Under the pieces are notes generated by a model that worked only from the letters and a program-made list of their open reading frames with translations, did not search any database and was not told the origin of the DNA. Below, in pieces: positions 18,101 through 35,159 of a DNA stretch of 64,000 bases. The DNA is taken from contig OZ024742.1 of the NCBI GenBank assembly GCA_964016885.1, positions 372,124,001 through 372,188,000 on the forward strand, given 5' to 3'. The stretch is from Eledone cirrhosa (lineage: Eukaryota). The number at the start of each line of letters is the position of its first letter. Within the stretch, counting starts at the first letter, position 1. The translations under genes were made by a program, and so were the position numbers.

Positions 18101-21100
18101 AGAAAATCAGTAATATATACACTAGGAATACAGTAATATATATACACTAGAAATACAGTAATATATATACACTAGAAATACAGTAATATATATACACACT
18201 AGAAATACAGTAATATATATACACTAGAAATACAGTAATATATACAGTAGAAAATCAGTAATATATACACTAGGAATACAGTAATATATATACACTAGAA
18301 ATACAGTAATATATATACACTAGAAATCCAGTAATATATATACACTAGAAATCCAGTAATATATATACACACTAGAAATACAGTAATATATATACACTAG
18401 AGATACAGTAATATATACACTAGAAATACAATAATATATATACACTAGAAATACAGTAATATATATACACTAGGAATACAGTAATATATATACACTAGAA
18501 ATACAGTAATATATATACACTTGGAATACAGTAATATATATACATTAGAAATACAGTAATATATATACACTAGGAATAAAGTAATATATAGACTAGAAAT
18601 ACAGTAATATATATACACTAGGAATACAGTAATATATATACACTAGGAATACAGTAATATATATACACTAGAAATACAGTAATATATATACACTAGAAAT
18701 ACAGTAATATATATACACTAGAAATACAGTAATATATATACACTAGAAATACAGTAATATATACACTAGGAATACAGTAATATATATACACTAGGAATAC
18801 AGTAAAATATATACACTAGGAATACAGTAATATATATACACTAGAAATACAGTAATATATATACACTAGGAATACGGTAATATATACACTAGAAATACAG
18901 TACTATATATACACTAGAAATACAGTAATATATAGACTAGAAATACAATAATATATACACTAGAAATACAGTAATATATACACTAGAAATACAGTAATAT
19001 ATACACTAGAAATACAATAATATATACACTAGAAATACAGTAATATATACACTAGGAATACAGTAATATATATATATACTAGAAATACAGTAATATATAT
19101 ACACTAGTAATACAGTAATATATATATACACTAGAAATACAGTAATATATACACTAGAAACACAGTAATATATATACAGTAGAAATACAGTAATATATAT
19201 ACACGAGAAATACAGTAATATATACACTAGAAATACAGTAATATATATACACTAGAAATACAGTAATATATTCACTATAAACACAGTAATATATATACAC
19301 TAGAAATACAGTAATATATATACACGAGAAATACAGTAATATATACACTAGAAATACAGTAATATATATACACTAGATATACAGTAATATATATACACTA
19401 GGAATACAGTAATATATATACACTAGAAATGCAGTAATATATATACACTAGGAATACAGTAATATATATACACTAGCAATACAGTAATATATATACACTA
19501 GAAATACAGTAATATATATACACTAGGAATACAATAATATATATACACTAGAAATACTGTAAGATATATAAACTAGAAATACAGTAAATATATACACTAG
19601 AAATACAGTAATATATACACACCAGAAATACAGTAATATATATACACTAGGAATACAGATATATATATACACTAGGAATACAGTAATATATATACACTAG
19701 AAATACAGCAATATATATACACGAGAAATACAGTAATATATACACTAGAAATACAGTAATATATATACACTAGGAATACAGTAATATATACACTAGAAAT
19801 ACAGTAATATATATACACTAGAGATACAGTAATATATATACACTAGAAATACAGTAATATATACACTAGAAATACAGTAATATATACACTAGAAATATAG
19901 TAATATATATACACTAGGAATACAGTAATATATATACACTAGAAATACAGTAATATATATACACTGGAAATACAGTAATATATATACCCTAGAAATACAG
20001 TAATATATATACACTAGAAATACAGTAATATATATACCCTAGAAATACAGTAATATATATACACTAGAAATACAGTAATATATACACTAGAAATACAGTA
20101 ATATATATACACTAGAAATACAGTAATATATACACTAGGAATACAGTAATATATATACACTAGAAATACAGTAATATATATAGATGAGAAATACAGTAAT
20201 ATATATACACTAGAAATACAGTAATATATACACTAGAAATACAGTAATATATATACACTAGAAATACAGTAATATATATACACTAGGAATACAGTAATAT
20301 ATATACACTAGAAATACAGTAATATATATACACTTGGAATACAGTAATATATATACACTAGAAATACAGTAATATATATACACTAGGAATAAAGTAATAT
20401 ATAGACTAGAAATACAGTAATATATATACACTAGGAATACAGTAATATATATACACTAGGAATACAGTAATATATATACACTAGAAATACAGTAATATAT
20501 ATACACTAGGAATACAGTAATATATATACACTAGAAATACAGTAATATATATATATATACTAGAAATACAGTAATATATATACACTAGAAATACAGTAAT
20601 ATATATACACTAGAAATACAGTAATATATACAGTAGAAAATCAGTAATATATACACTAGGAATACAGTAATATATATACACTAGAAATACAGTAATATAT
20701 ATACACTAGAAATACAGTAATATATATACACTAGAAATCCAGTATATATATACACACTAGAAATACAGTAATATATATACACTAGAGATACAGTAATATA
20801 TACACTAGAAATACAGTAATATATATACACTAGAAATACAGTAATATATATACACTAGGAATACAGTAATATATATACACTAGAAATACAGTAATATATA
20901 TACACTAGGAATACAGTAATATATATACACTAGAAATACAGTAATATATATACACTAGGAATAAAGTAATATATAGACTAGAAATACAGTAATATATATA
21001 CACTAGGAATACAGTAATATATATACACTAGGAATACAGTAATATATATACACTAGAAATACAGTAATATATATACACTAGAAATACAGTAATATATATA

Positions 21101-24100
21101 CACTAGAAATACAGTAATATATACACTAGGAATACAGTAATATATATACACTAGGAATACAGTAAAATATATACACTAGGAATACAGTAATATATATACA
21201 CTAGAAATACAGTAATATATATACACTAGGAATACGGTAATATATACACTAGAAATACAGTAATATATATACACTAGAAATACAGTAATATATAGACAAG
21301 AAATACAGTAATATATACACTAGAAATACAGTAATATATACACTAGAAATACAGTAATATATACACTAGAAATACAGTAATATATACACTAGAAATACAA
21401 TAATATATACACTAGAAATACAGTAATATATACACTAGGAATACAGTAATATATATATATACTAGAAATACAGTAATATATATACACTAGTAATACAGTA
21501 ATATATATATACACTAGAAATACAGTAATATATACACTAGAAACACAGTAATATATATACACTAGAAATACAGTAATATATATACACGAGAAATACAGTA
21601 ATATATACACTAGAAATACAGTAATATATATACACTAGAAATACAGTAATATATTCACTATAAACACAGTAATATATATACACTAGAAATACAGTAATAT
21701 ATATACACGAGAAATACAGTAATATATACACTAGAAATACAGTAATATATATACACTAGATATACAGTAATATATATACACTAGGAATACAGTAACATAT
21801 ATACACTAGAAATTCAGTAATATATATATATACTAGAAATACAGTAATATATATACACTAGAAATACAGTAATATATATACACTAGAAATACAGTAATAT
21901 ATACAGTAGAAAATCAGTAATATATACACTAGGAATACAGTAATATATATACACTAGAAATACAGTAATATATATACACTAGAAATCCAGTAATATATAT
22001 ACACTAGAAATCCAGTAATATATATACACACTAGAAATACAGTAATATATATACACTAGAGATACAGTAATATATACACTAGAAATACAGTAATATATAT
22101 ACACTAGAAATACAGTAATATATATACACTAGGAATACAGTAATATATATACACTAGAAATACAGTAATATATTCACTATAAACACAGTAATATATATAC
22201 ACTTGGAATACAGTAATATATATACACTAGAAATACAGTAATATATATACACTAGGAATAAAGTAATATATAGACTAGAAATACAGTAATATATATACAC
22301 TAGGAATACAGTAATATATATACACTAGGAATACAGTAATATATATACACTAGAAATACAGTAATATATATACACTAGGAATACAGTAATATATATACAC
22401 TAGAAATACAGTAATATATATATATACTAGAAATACAGTAATATATATACACTAGAAATACAGTAATATATATACACTAGAAATACAGTAATATATACAG
22501 TAGAAAATCAGTAATATATACACTAGGAATACAGTAATATATATACACTAGAAATACAGTAATATATATACACTAGAAATACAGTAATATATATACACTA
22601 GAAATCCAGTAATATATATACACACTAGAAATACAGTAATATATATACACTAGAAATACAGTAATATATACAGTAGAAAATCAGTAATATATACACTAGG
22701 AATACAGTAATATATATACACTAGAAATACAGTAATATATATACACTAGAAATCCAGTAATATATATACACTAGAAATCCAGTAATATATATACACACTA
22801 GAAATACAGTAATATATATACACTAGAGATACAGTAATATATACACTAGAAATACAGTAATATATATACACTAGAAATACAGTAATATATATACACTAGG
22901 AATACAGTAATATATATACACTAGAAATACAGTAATATATATACACTTGGAATACAGTAATATATATACACTAGAAATACAGTAATATATATACACTAGG
23001 AATAAAGTAATATATAGACTAGAAATACAGTAATATATATACACTAGGAATACAGTAATATATATATACTAGGAATACAGTAATATATATACACTAGAAA
23101 TACAGTAATATATATACACTAGGAATACAGTAATATATATACACTAGAAATACAGTAATATATATACACGAGAAATACAGTAATATATACACTAGAAATA
23201 CAGTAATATATATACACTAGGAATACAGTAATATATACACTAGAAATACAGTAATATATATACACTAGAGATACAGTAATATATATACACTGGAAATACA
23301 GTAATACATACACTAGAAATACAGTAATATATACACTCGAAATACAGTAATATATACACTAGAAATACAGTAATATATATACACTAGAAATACAGTAATA
23401 TATATACACTAGAAATACAGTAATATATATACACTAGAAATACAATAATATATACACTAGAAATACAGTAATATATACACTAGAAATACAGTAATATATA
23501 TACACTTGAAATACAGTAATATATATACACTAGAAGTACAGTAATATATATACACTAGAAATACAGTAATATATACACTAGAAATACAGTAATATATACA
23601 CTAGAAATACAGTAATATATATACACTTGAAATACAGTAATATATATATACACTAGAAGTACAGTAATATATATACACTAGAAATACAGCAATATATACA
23701 CTAGAAATACAGTAATATATATACACTAGAAATACAGTCATATATATATACTAGAAATACAGTAATATATATATACACTAGAAATACAGTAATATATACA
23801 CTAGGAATACAGTAATATATATACACTAGGAATACAGTAATATATATACACTTGGAATACAGTAATATATATACACTAGAAATGCAGTAATATATATACA
23901 CTAGAAATACAGTAATATATATACACTAGGAATACAGTAATATATATACACTAGGAATACAGTAATATATATACACTAGGAATACAGTAATATATATACA
24001 CTAGGAATACAGTAATATATATACACTAGAAATACAGTAATATATATACACTAGAAATACAGTAATATAATACACTAGGAATACAGTAATATATATACAT

Positions 24101-27100
24101 GGGAAATACAGTAATATATACACTAGAAATACAGTAATATATATACACTAGAAATACAGTAATATATATACACTAGAGATACAGTAATATATACACTAGA
24201 TATACAGTAATATATACACTAGATATACGGTAATATATACACTAGGAATACAGTAATATATATACACTAGAAATACAGTAATATATATACACTAGAAATA
24301 CGGTAATATATATACACTAGAAATACAGTAATATATATACACTAGAAATACAGTAATATATATACACTAGAAATACAGTAATATATATATATACACTAGA
24401 AATACAGTAATATATACACTAGGAATACAGTAATATATATACACTAGGAATACAGTAATATATATACACTAGGAATACAGTAATATATATACACTAGAAA
24501 TGCAGTAATATATATACACTAGGAATACAGTAATATATATACACTAGCAATACAGTAATATATATACACTAGAAATAAAGTAATATATATACACTAGAAA
24601 TACTGTAAGATATATAAACTAGAAATACAGTAAATATATACACTTGAAATACAGTAATATATACACACCAGAAATACAGTAATATATATACACTAGGAAT
24701 ACAGATATATATATACACTAGGAATACAGTAATATATATACACTAGAAATACAGCAATATATATACACGAGAAATACAGTAATATATACACTAGAAATAC
24801 AGTAATATATATACACTAGGAATACAGTAATATATACACTAGAAATACAGTAATATATATACACTAGAGATACAGTAATATATATACACTAGAAATACAG
24901 TAATATATACACTAGAAATACAGTAATATATACACTAGAAATATAGTAATATATATACACTAGGAATACAGTAATATATATACACTAGAAATACAGTAAT
25001 ATATATACACTGGAAATACAGTAATATATATACCCTAGAAATACAGTAATATATATACACTAGAAATACAGTAATATATATACCCTAGAAATACAGTAAT
25101 ATATATACACTAGAAATACAGTAATATATACACTAGAAATACAGTAATATATATACACTAGAAATACAGTAATATATACACTAGGAATACAGTAATATAT
25201 ATACACTAGAAATACAGTAATATATATAGATGAGAAATACAGTAATATATATACACTAGAAATACAGTAATATATACACTAGAAATACAGTAATATATAT
25301 ACACTAGAAATACAGTAATATATATACACTAGGAATACAGTAATATATATACACTAGAAATACAGTAATATATATACACTTGGAATACAGTAATATATAT
25401 ACACTAGAAATACAGTAATATATATACACTAGGAATAAAGTAATATATAGACTAGAAATACAGTAATATATATACACTAGGAATACAGTAATATATATAC
25501 ACTAGGAATACAGTAATATATATACACTAGAAATACAGTAATATATATACACTAGGAATACAGTAATATATATACACTAGAAATACAGTAATATATATAT
25601 ATACTAGAAATACAGTAATATATATACACTAGAAATACAGTAATATATATACACTAGAAATACAGTAATATATACAGTAGAAAATCAGTAATATATACAC
25701 TAGGAATACAGTAATATATATACACTAGAAATACAGTAATATATATACACTAGAAATACAGTAATATATATACACTAGAAATCCAGTAATATATATACAC
25801 ACTAGAAATACAGTAATATATATACACTAGAAATACAGTAATATATACAGTAGAAAATCAGTAATATATACACTAGGAATACAGTAATATATATACACTA
25901 GAAATACAGTAATATATATACACTAGAAATCCAGTAATATATATACACTAGAAATCCAGTAATATATATACACACTAGAAATACAGTAATATATATACAC
26001 TAGAGATACAGTAATATATACACTAGAAATACAGTAATATATATACACTAGAAATACAGTAATATATATACACTAGGAATACAGTAATATATATACACTA
26101 GAAATACAGTAATATATATACACTTGGAATACAGTAATATATATACATTAGAAATACAGTAATATATATACACTAGGAATAAAGTAATATATAGACTAGA
26201 AATACAGTAATATATATACACTAGGAATACAGTAATATATATACACTAGGAATACAGTAATATATATACACTAGAAATACAGTAATATATATACACTAGG
26301 AATACAGTAATATATATACACTAGAAATACAGTAATATATATACACGAGAAATACAGTAATATATACACTAGAAATACAGTAATATATATACACTAGGAA
26401 TACAGTAATATATACACTAGAAATACAGTAATATATATACACTAGAGATACAGTAATATATATACACTAGAAATACAGTAATACATACACTAGAAATACA
26501 GTAATATATACACTCGAAATACAGTAATATATACACTAGAAATACAGTAATATATATACACTAGAAACACAGTAATATATATACACTAGAAATACAGTAA
26601 TATATATACACTAGAAATACAATAATATATACACTAGAAATACAGTAATATATACACTAGAAATACAGTAATATATATACACTTGAAATACAGTAATATA
26701 TATACACTAGAAGTACAGTAATATATATACACTAGAAATACAGTAATATATACACTAGAAATACAGTAATATATACACTAGAAATACAGTAATATATATA
26801 CACTTGAAATACAGTAATATATATACACTAGAAGTACAGTAATATATATACACCAGAAATACAGCAATATATACACTAGAAATACAGTAATATATATACA
26901 CTAGAAATACAGTCATATATATATACTAGAAATACAGTAATATATATATACACTAGAAATACAGTAATATATACACTAGGAATACAGTAATATATATACA
27001 CTAGGAATACAGTAATATATATACACTAGGAATACAGTAATATATATACACTAGAAATGCAGTAATATATATACACTAGAAATACAGTAATATATATACA

Positions 27101-30100
27101 CTAGGAATACAGTAATATATATACACTAGGAATAGAGTAATATATATACACTAGGAATACAGTAATATATATACACTAGGAATACAGTAATATATATACA
27201 CTAGAAATACAGTAATATATATACACTAGAAATACAGTAATATAATACACTAGGAATACAGTAATATATATACATGGGAAATACAGTAATATATACACTA
27301 GAAATACAGTAATATATATACACTAGAAATACAGTAATATATATACACTAGAGATACAGTAATATATACACTAGATATACAGTAATATATACACTAGATA
27401 TACAGTAATATATACACTAGGAATACAGTAATATATATACACTAGAAATACAGTAATATATATACACTAGGAATACAGTAATATATATACACTAGGAATA
27501 CAGTAATATATATACACTAGAAATACGGTAATATATATACACTAGAAATACAGTAATATATATACACTAGAAATACAGTAATATATATACACTAGAAATA
27601 CAGTAATATATATATATACTAGAAATACAGTAATATATATACACTAGAAATACAGTAATATATATACACTAGAAATACAGTAATATATACAGTAGAAAAT
27701 CAGTAATATATACACTAGGAATACAGTAATATATATACACTAGAAATACAGTAATATATATACACTAGAAATACAGTAATATATATACACACTAGAAATA
27801 CAGTAATATATATACACTAGAAATACAGTAATATATACAGTAGAAAATCAGTAATATATACACTAGGAATACAGTAATATATATACACTAGAAATACAGT
27901 AATATATATACACTAGAAATCCAGTAATTTATATACACTAGAAATCCAGTAATATATATACACACTAGAAATACAGTAATATATATACACTAGAGATACA
28001 GTAATATATACACTAGAAATACAATAATATATATACACTAGAAATACAGTAATATATATACACTAGGAATACAGTAATATATATACACTAGAAATACAGT
28101 AATATATATACACTTGGAATACAGTAATATATATACATTAGAAATACAGTAATATATATACACTAGGAATACAGTAATATATATACACTAGGAATACAGT
28201 AATATATATACACTAGAAATACAGTAATATATATACACTAGAAATACAGTAATATATATACACTAGAAATACAGTAATATATATACACTAGAAATACAGT
28301 AATATATACACTAGGAATACAGTAATATATATACACTAGGAATACAGTAAAATATATACACTAGGAATACAGTAATATATATACACTAGAAATACAGTAA
28401 TATATATACACTAGGAATACGGTAATATATACACTAGAAATACAGTACTATATATACACTAGAAATACAGTAATATATAGACTAGAAATACAATAATATA
28501 TACACTAGAAATACAGTAATATATACACTAGAAATACAGTAATATATACACTAGAAATACAATAATATATACACTAGAAATACAGTAATATATACACTAG
28601 GAATACAGTAATATATATATATACTAGAAATACAGTAATATATATACACTAGTAATACAGTAATATATATATACACTAGAAATACAGTAATATATACACT
28701 AGAAACACAGTAATATATATACACTAGAAATACAGTAATATATATACACGAGAAATACAGTAATATATACACTAGAAATACAGTAATATATATACACTAG
28801 AAATACAGTAATATATTCACTATAAACACAGTAATATATATACACTAGAAATACAGTAATATATATACACGAGAAATACAGTAATATATACACTAGAAAT
28901 ACAGTAATATATATACACTAGATATACAGTAATATATATACACTAGGAATACAGTAACATATATACACTAGAAATTCAGTAATATATATATATACTAGAA
29001 ATACAGTAATATATATACACTAGAAATACAGTAATATATATACACTAGAAATACAGTAATATATACAGTAGAAAATCAGTAATATATACACTAGGAATAC
29101 AGTAATATATATACACTAGAAATACAGTAATATATATACACTAGAAATACAGTAATATATATACACACTAGAAATACAGTAATATATATACACTAGAAAT
29201 ACAGTAATATATACAGTAGAAAATCAGTAATATATACACTAGGAATACAGTAATATATATACACTAGAAATACAGTAATATATATACACTAGAAATCCAG
29301 TAATATATATACACTAGAAATCCAGTAATATATATACACACTAGAAATACAGTAATATATATACACTAGAGATACAGTAATATATACACTAGAAATACAA
29401 TAATATATATACACTAGAAATACAGTAATATATATACACTAGGAATACAGTAATATATATACACTAGAAATACAGTAATATATATACACTTGGAATACAG
29501 TAATATATATACATTAGAAATACAGTAATATATATACACTAGGAATAAAGTAATATATAGACTAGAAATACAGTAATATATATACACTAGGAATACAGTA
29601 ATATATATACACTAGGAATACAGTAATATATATACACTAGAAATACAGTAATATATATACACTAGAAATACAGTAATATATATACACTAGAAATACAGTA
29701 ATATATATACACTAGAAATACAGTAATATATACACTAGGAATACAGTAATATATATACACTAGGAATACAGTAAAATATATACACTAGGAATACAGTAAT
29801 ATATATACACTAGAAATACAGTAATATATATACACTAGGAATACGGTAATATATACACTAGAAATACAGTACTATATATACACTAGAAATACAGTAATAT
29901 ATAGACTAGAAATACAATAATATATACACTAGAAATACAGTAATATATACACTAGAAATACAGTAATATATACACTAGAAATACAATAATATATACACTA
30001 GAAATACAGTAATATATACACTAGGAATACAGTAATATATATATATACTAGAAATACAGTAATATATATACACTAGTAATACAGTAATATATATATACAC

Positions 30101-30380
30101 TAGAAATACAGTAATATATACACTAGAAACACAGTAATATATATACACTAGAAATACAGTAATATATATACACGAGAAATACAGTAATATATACACTAGA
30201 AATACAGTAATATATATACACTAGAAATACAGTAATATATTCACTATAAACACAGTAATATATATACACTAGAAATACAGTAATATATATACACGAGAAA
30301 TACAGTAATATATACACTAGAAATACAGTAATATATATACACTAGATATACAGTAATATATATACACTAGGAATACAGTA
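8520..30380. repeat. Tandem duplication of ~10.9 kb (copy 1 ~8520-19400, copy 2 ~19400-30380)
   Basis: Offset 10872: gcag 8559/19431, gatgag 9311/20183, gacaag 10423/21295, ORFs 10517/21389 and 12829/23701. Offset 10969 after ~13190: gatgag 14260/25229, aatagag 16162/27131, catggg 16304/27273, ORFs 17582/28551 and 19006/29975. Confidence 0.95.
16635..19410. repeat. Tandem duplication, period 1376/1424 bp, nested inside the 10.9 kb unit (also present at ~27605-30380)
   Basis: tacaat 17051/18427 (offset 1376). ORFs 17582/19006 and 28551/29975 (offset 1424). The private variant cagtact occurs in both copies. The 48-bp shift is a two-monomer aataaag/gactag block absent from the first copy. Confidence 0.9.
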
Positions 30381-33300
30381 ACATATATACACTAGAAATT
30401 CAGTAATATATATATATACTAGAAATACAGTAATATATATACACTAGAAATACAGTAATATATATACACTAGAAATACAGTAATATATACAGTAGAAAAT
30501 CAGTAATATATACACTAGGAATACAGTAATATATATACACTAGAAATACAGTAATATATATACACTAGAAATACAGTAATATATATACACTAGAAATACA
30601 GTAATATATATACACACTAGAAATACAGTAATATATATACACTAGAAATACAGTAATATATACAGTAGAAAATCAGTAATATATACACTAGGAATACAGT
30701 AATATATATACACTAGAAATACAGTAATATATATACACTAGAAATCCAGTAATATATATACACTAGAAATCCAGTAATATATATACACACTAGAAATACA
30801 GTAATATATATACACTAGAGATACAGTAATATATACACTAGAAATACAGTAATATATATACACTAGAAATACAGTAATATATATACACTAGGAATACAGT
30901 AATATATATACACTAGAAATACAGTAATATATATACACTTGGAATACAGTAATATATATACACTAGAAATACAGTAATATATATACACTAGGAATAAAGT
31001 AATATATAGACTAGAAATACAGTAATATATATACACTAGGAATACAGTAATATATATACACTAGGAATACAGTAATATATATACACTAGAAATACAGTAA
31101 TATATATACACTAGGAATACAGTAATATATATACACTAGAAATACAGTAATATATATACACGAGAAATACAGTAATATATACACTAGAAATACAGCAATA
31201 TATATACACTAGTAATACAGTAATATATACACTAGAAATACAGTAATATATATACACTAGAAACACAGTAATATATATACACTAGAAATCCAGTAATATA
31301 TATACACACTAGAAATACAGTAATACATACACTAGAAATACAGTAATATATACACTCGAAATACAGTAATATATACACTAGAAATACAGTAATATATATA
31401 CACTAGAAATACAGTAATATATATACACTAGAAATACAGTAATATATATACACTAGAAATACAATAATATATACACTAGAAATACAGTAATATATACACT
31501 AGAAATACAGTAATATATATACACTTGAAATACAGTAATATATATACACTAGAAGTACAGTAATATATATACACTAGAAATACAGCAATATATACACTAG
31601 AAATACAGTAATATATATACACTAGAAATACAGTCATATATATATACTAGAAATACAGTAATATATATATACACTAGAAATACAGTAATATATACACTAG
31701 GAATACAGTAATATATATACACTAGGAATACAGTAATATATATACACTAGGAATACAGTAATATATATACACTAGAAATGCAGTAATATATATACACTAG
31801 AAATACAGTAATATATATACACTAGGAATACAGTAATATATATACACTAGGAATACAGTAATATATATACACTAGGAATACAGTAATATATATACACTAG
31901 GAATACAGTAATATATATACACTTGAAATACAGTAATATATATACACTAGAAATACAGTAATATAATACACTAGGAATACAGTAATATATATACATGGGA
32001 AATACAGTAATATATACACTAGAAATACAGTAATATATATACACTAGAAATACAGTAATATATATACACTAGAGATACAGTAATATATACACTAGATATA
32101 CAGTAATATATACACTAGATATACAGTAATATATACACTAGGAATACAGTAATATATATACACTAGAAATACAGTAATATATATACACTAGGAATACAGT
32201 AATATATATACACTAGGAATACAGTAATATATATACACTAGAAATACGGTAATATATATACACTAGAAATACAGTAATATATATACACTAGAAATACAGT
32301 AATATATATACACTAGAAATACAGTAATATCTATATACACTAGAAATACAGTAATATATACACTAGCAATACAGTAATATATATACACTAGGAATACAGT
32401 AATATATATACACTAGGAATACAGTAATATATATACACTAGAAATGCAGTAATATATATACACTAGGAATACAGTAATATATATACACTAGCAATACAGT
32501 AATATATATACACTAGAAATACAGTAATATATATACACTAGGAATACAATAATATATATACACTAGAAATACTGTAAGATATATAAACTAGAAATACAGT
32601 AAATATATACACTAGAAATACAGTAATATATACACACCAGAAATACAGTAATATATATACACTAGGAATACAGATATATATATACACTAGGAATACAGTA
32701 ATATATATACACTAGAAATACAGCAATATATATACATGAGAAATACAGTAATATATATACACTAGGAATACAGTAATATATACACTAGAAATACAGTAAT
32801 ATATATACACTAGAGATACAGTAATATATATACACTAGAAATACAGTAATATATACACTAGAAATACAGTAATATATACACTAGAAATATAGTAATATAT
32901 ATACACTAGGAATAAAGTAATATATATACACTAGAAATACAGTAATATATATACACTGGAAATACAGTAATATATATACCCTAGAAATACAGTAATATAT
33001 ATACCCTAGACATACAGTAATATATATACACTAGAAATACAGTAATATATACACTAGAAATACAGTAATATATATACACTAGAAATACAGTAATATATAC
33101 ACTAGGAATACAGTAATATATATACACTAGAAATACAGTAATATATATAGATGAGAAATACAGTAATATATATACACTAGAAATACAGTAATATATACAC
33201 TAGAAATACAGTAATATATATACACTAGAAATACAGTAATATATATACACTAGGAATACAGTAATATATATACACTAGAAATACAGTAATATATATACAC

Positions 33301-35159
33301 TTGGAATACAGTAATATATATACACTAGAAATACAGTAATATATATACACTAGGAATAAAGTAATATATAGACTAGAAATACAGTAATATATATACACTA
33401 GGAATACAGTAATATATATACACTAGGAATACAGTAATATATATACACTAGAAATACAGTAATATATATACACTAGGAATACAGTAATATATATACACTA
33501 GAAATACAGTAATATATATATATATACTAGAAATACAGTAATATATATACACTAGAAATACAGTAATATATATACACTAGAAATACAGTAATATATACAG
33601 TAGAAAATCAGTAATATATACACTAGGAATACAGTAATATATATACACTAGAAATACTGTAATATATATACACTACAAATACAGTAATATATATACACTA
33701 GAAATCCAGTAATATATATACACACTAGAAATACAGTAATATATATACACTAGAAATACAGTAATATATACAGTAGAAAATCAGTAATATATACACTAGG
33801 AATACAGTAATATATATACACTAGAAATACAGTAATATATATACACTAGAAATCCAGTAATATATATACACTAGAAATCCAGTATATATATACACACTAG
33901 AAATACAGTAATATATATACACTAGAGATACAGTAATATATACACTAGAAATACAGTAATATATATACACTAGAAATACAGTAATATATATACACTAGGA
34001 ATACAGTAATATATATACACTAGAAATACAGTAATATATATACACTTGGAATACAGTAATATATATACATTAGAAATACAGTAATATATATACACTAGGA
34101 ATAAAGTAATATATAGACTAGAAATACAGTAATATATATACACTAGGAATACAGTAATATATATACACTAGGAATACAGTAATATATATACACTAGAAAT
34201 ACAGTAATATATATACACTAGAAATACAGTAATATATATACACTAGAAATACAGTAATATATACACTAGGAATACAGTAATATATATATACTAGGAATAC
34301 AGTAAAATATATACACTAGGAATACAGTAATATATATACACTAGAAATACAGTAATATATATACACTAGGAATACGGTAATATATACACTAGAAATACAG
34401 TAATATATATACACTAGAAATACAGTAATATATAGACTAGAAATACAGTAATATATACACTAGAAATACAGTAATATATACACTAGAAATACAGAAATAT
34501 ATACACTAGAAATACAGTAATATATACACTAGAAATACAATAATATATACACTAGAAATACAGTAATATATACACTAGGAATACAGTAATATATATATAT
34601 ACTAGAAATACAGTAATATATATACACTAGTAATACAGTAATATATATATACACTAGAAATACAGTAATATATACACTAGAAACACAGTAATATATATAC
34701 ACTAGAAATACAGTAATATATATACACGAGAAATACAGTAATATATACACTAGAAATACAGTAATATATATACACTAGAAATACAGTAATATATTCACTA
34801 TAAACACAGTAATATATATACACTAGAAATACAGTAATATATATACACGAGAAATACAGTAATATATACACTAGAAATACAGTAATATATATACACTAGA
34901 TATACAGTAATATATATACACTAGGAATACAGTAACATATATACACTAGAAATTCAGTAATATATATATATACTAGAAATACAGTAATATATATACACTA
35001 GAAATACAGTAATATATATACACTAGAAATACAGTAATATATACAGTAGAAAATCAGTAATATATACACTAGGAATACAGTAATATATATACACTAGAAA
35101 TACAGTAATATATATACACTAGAAATACAGTAATATATATACACTAGAAATCCAGTAAT

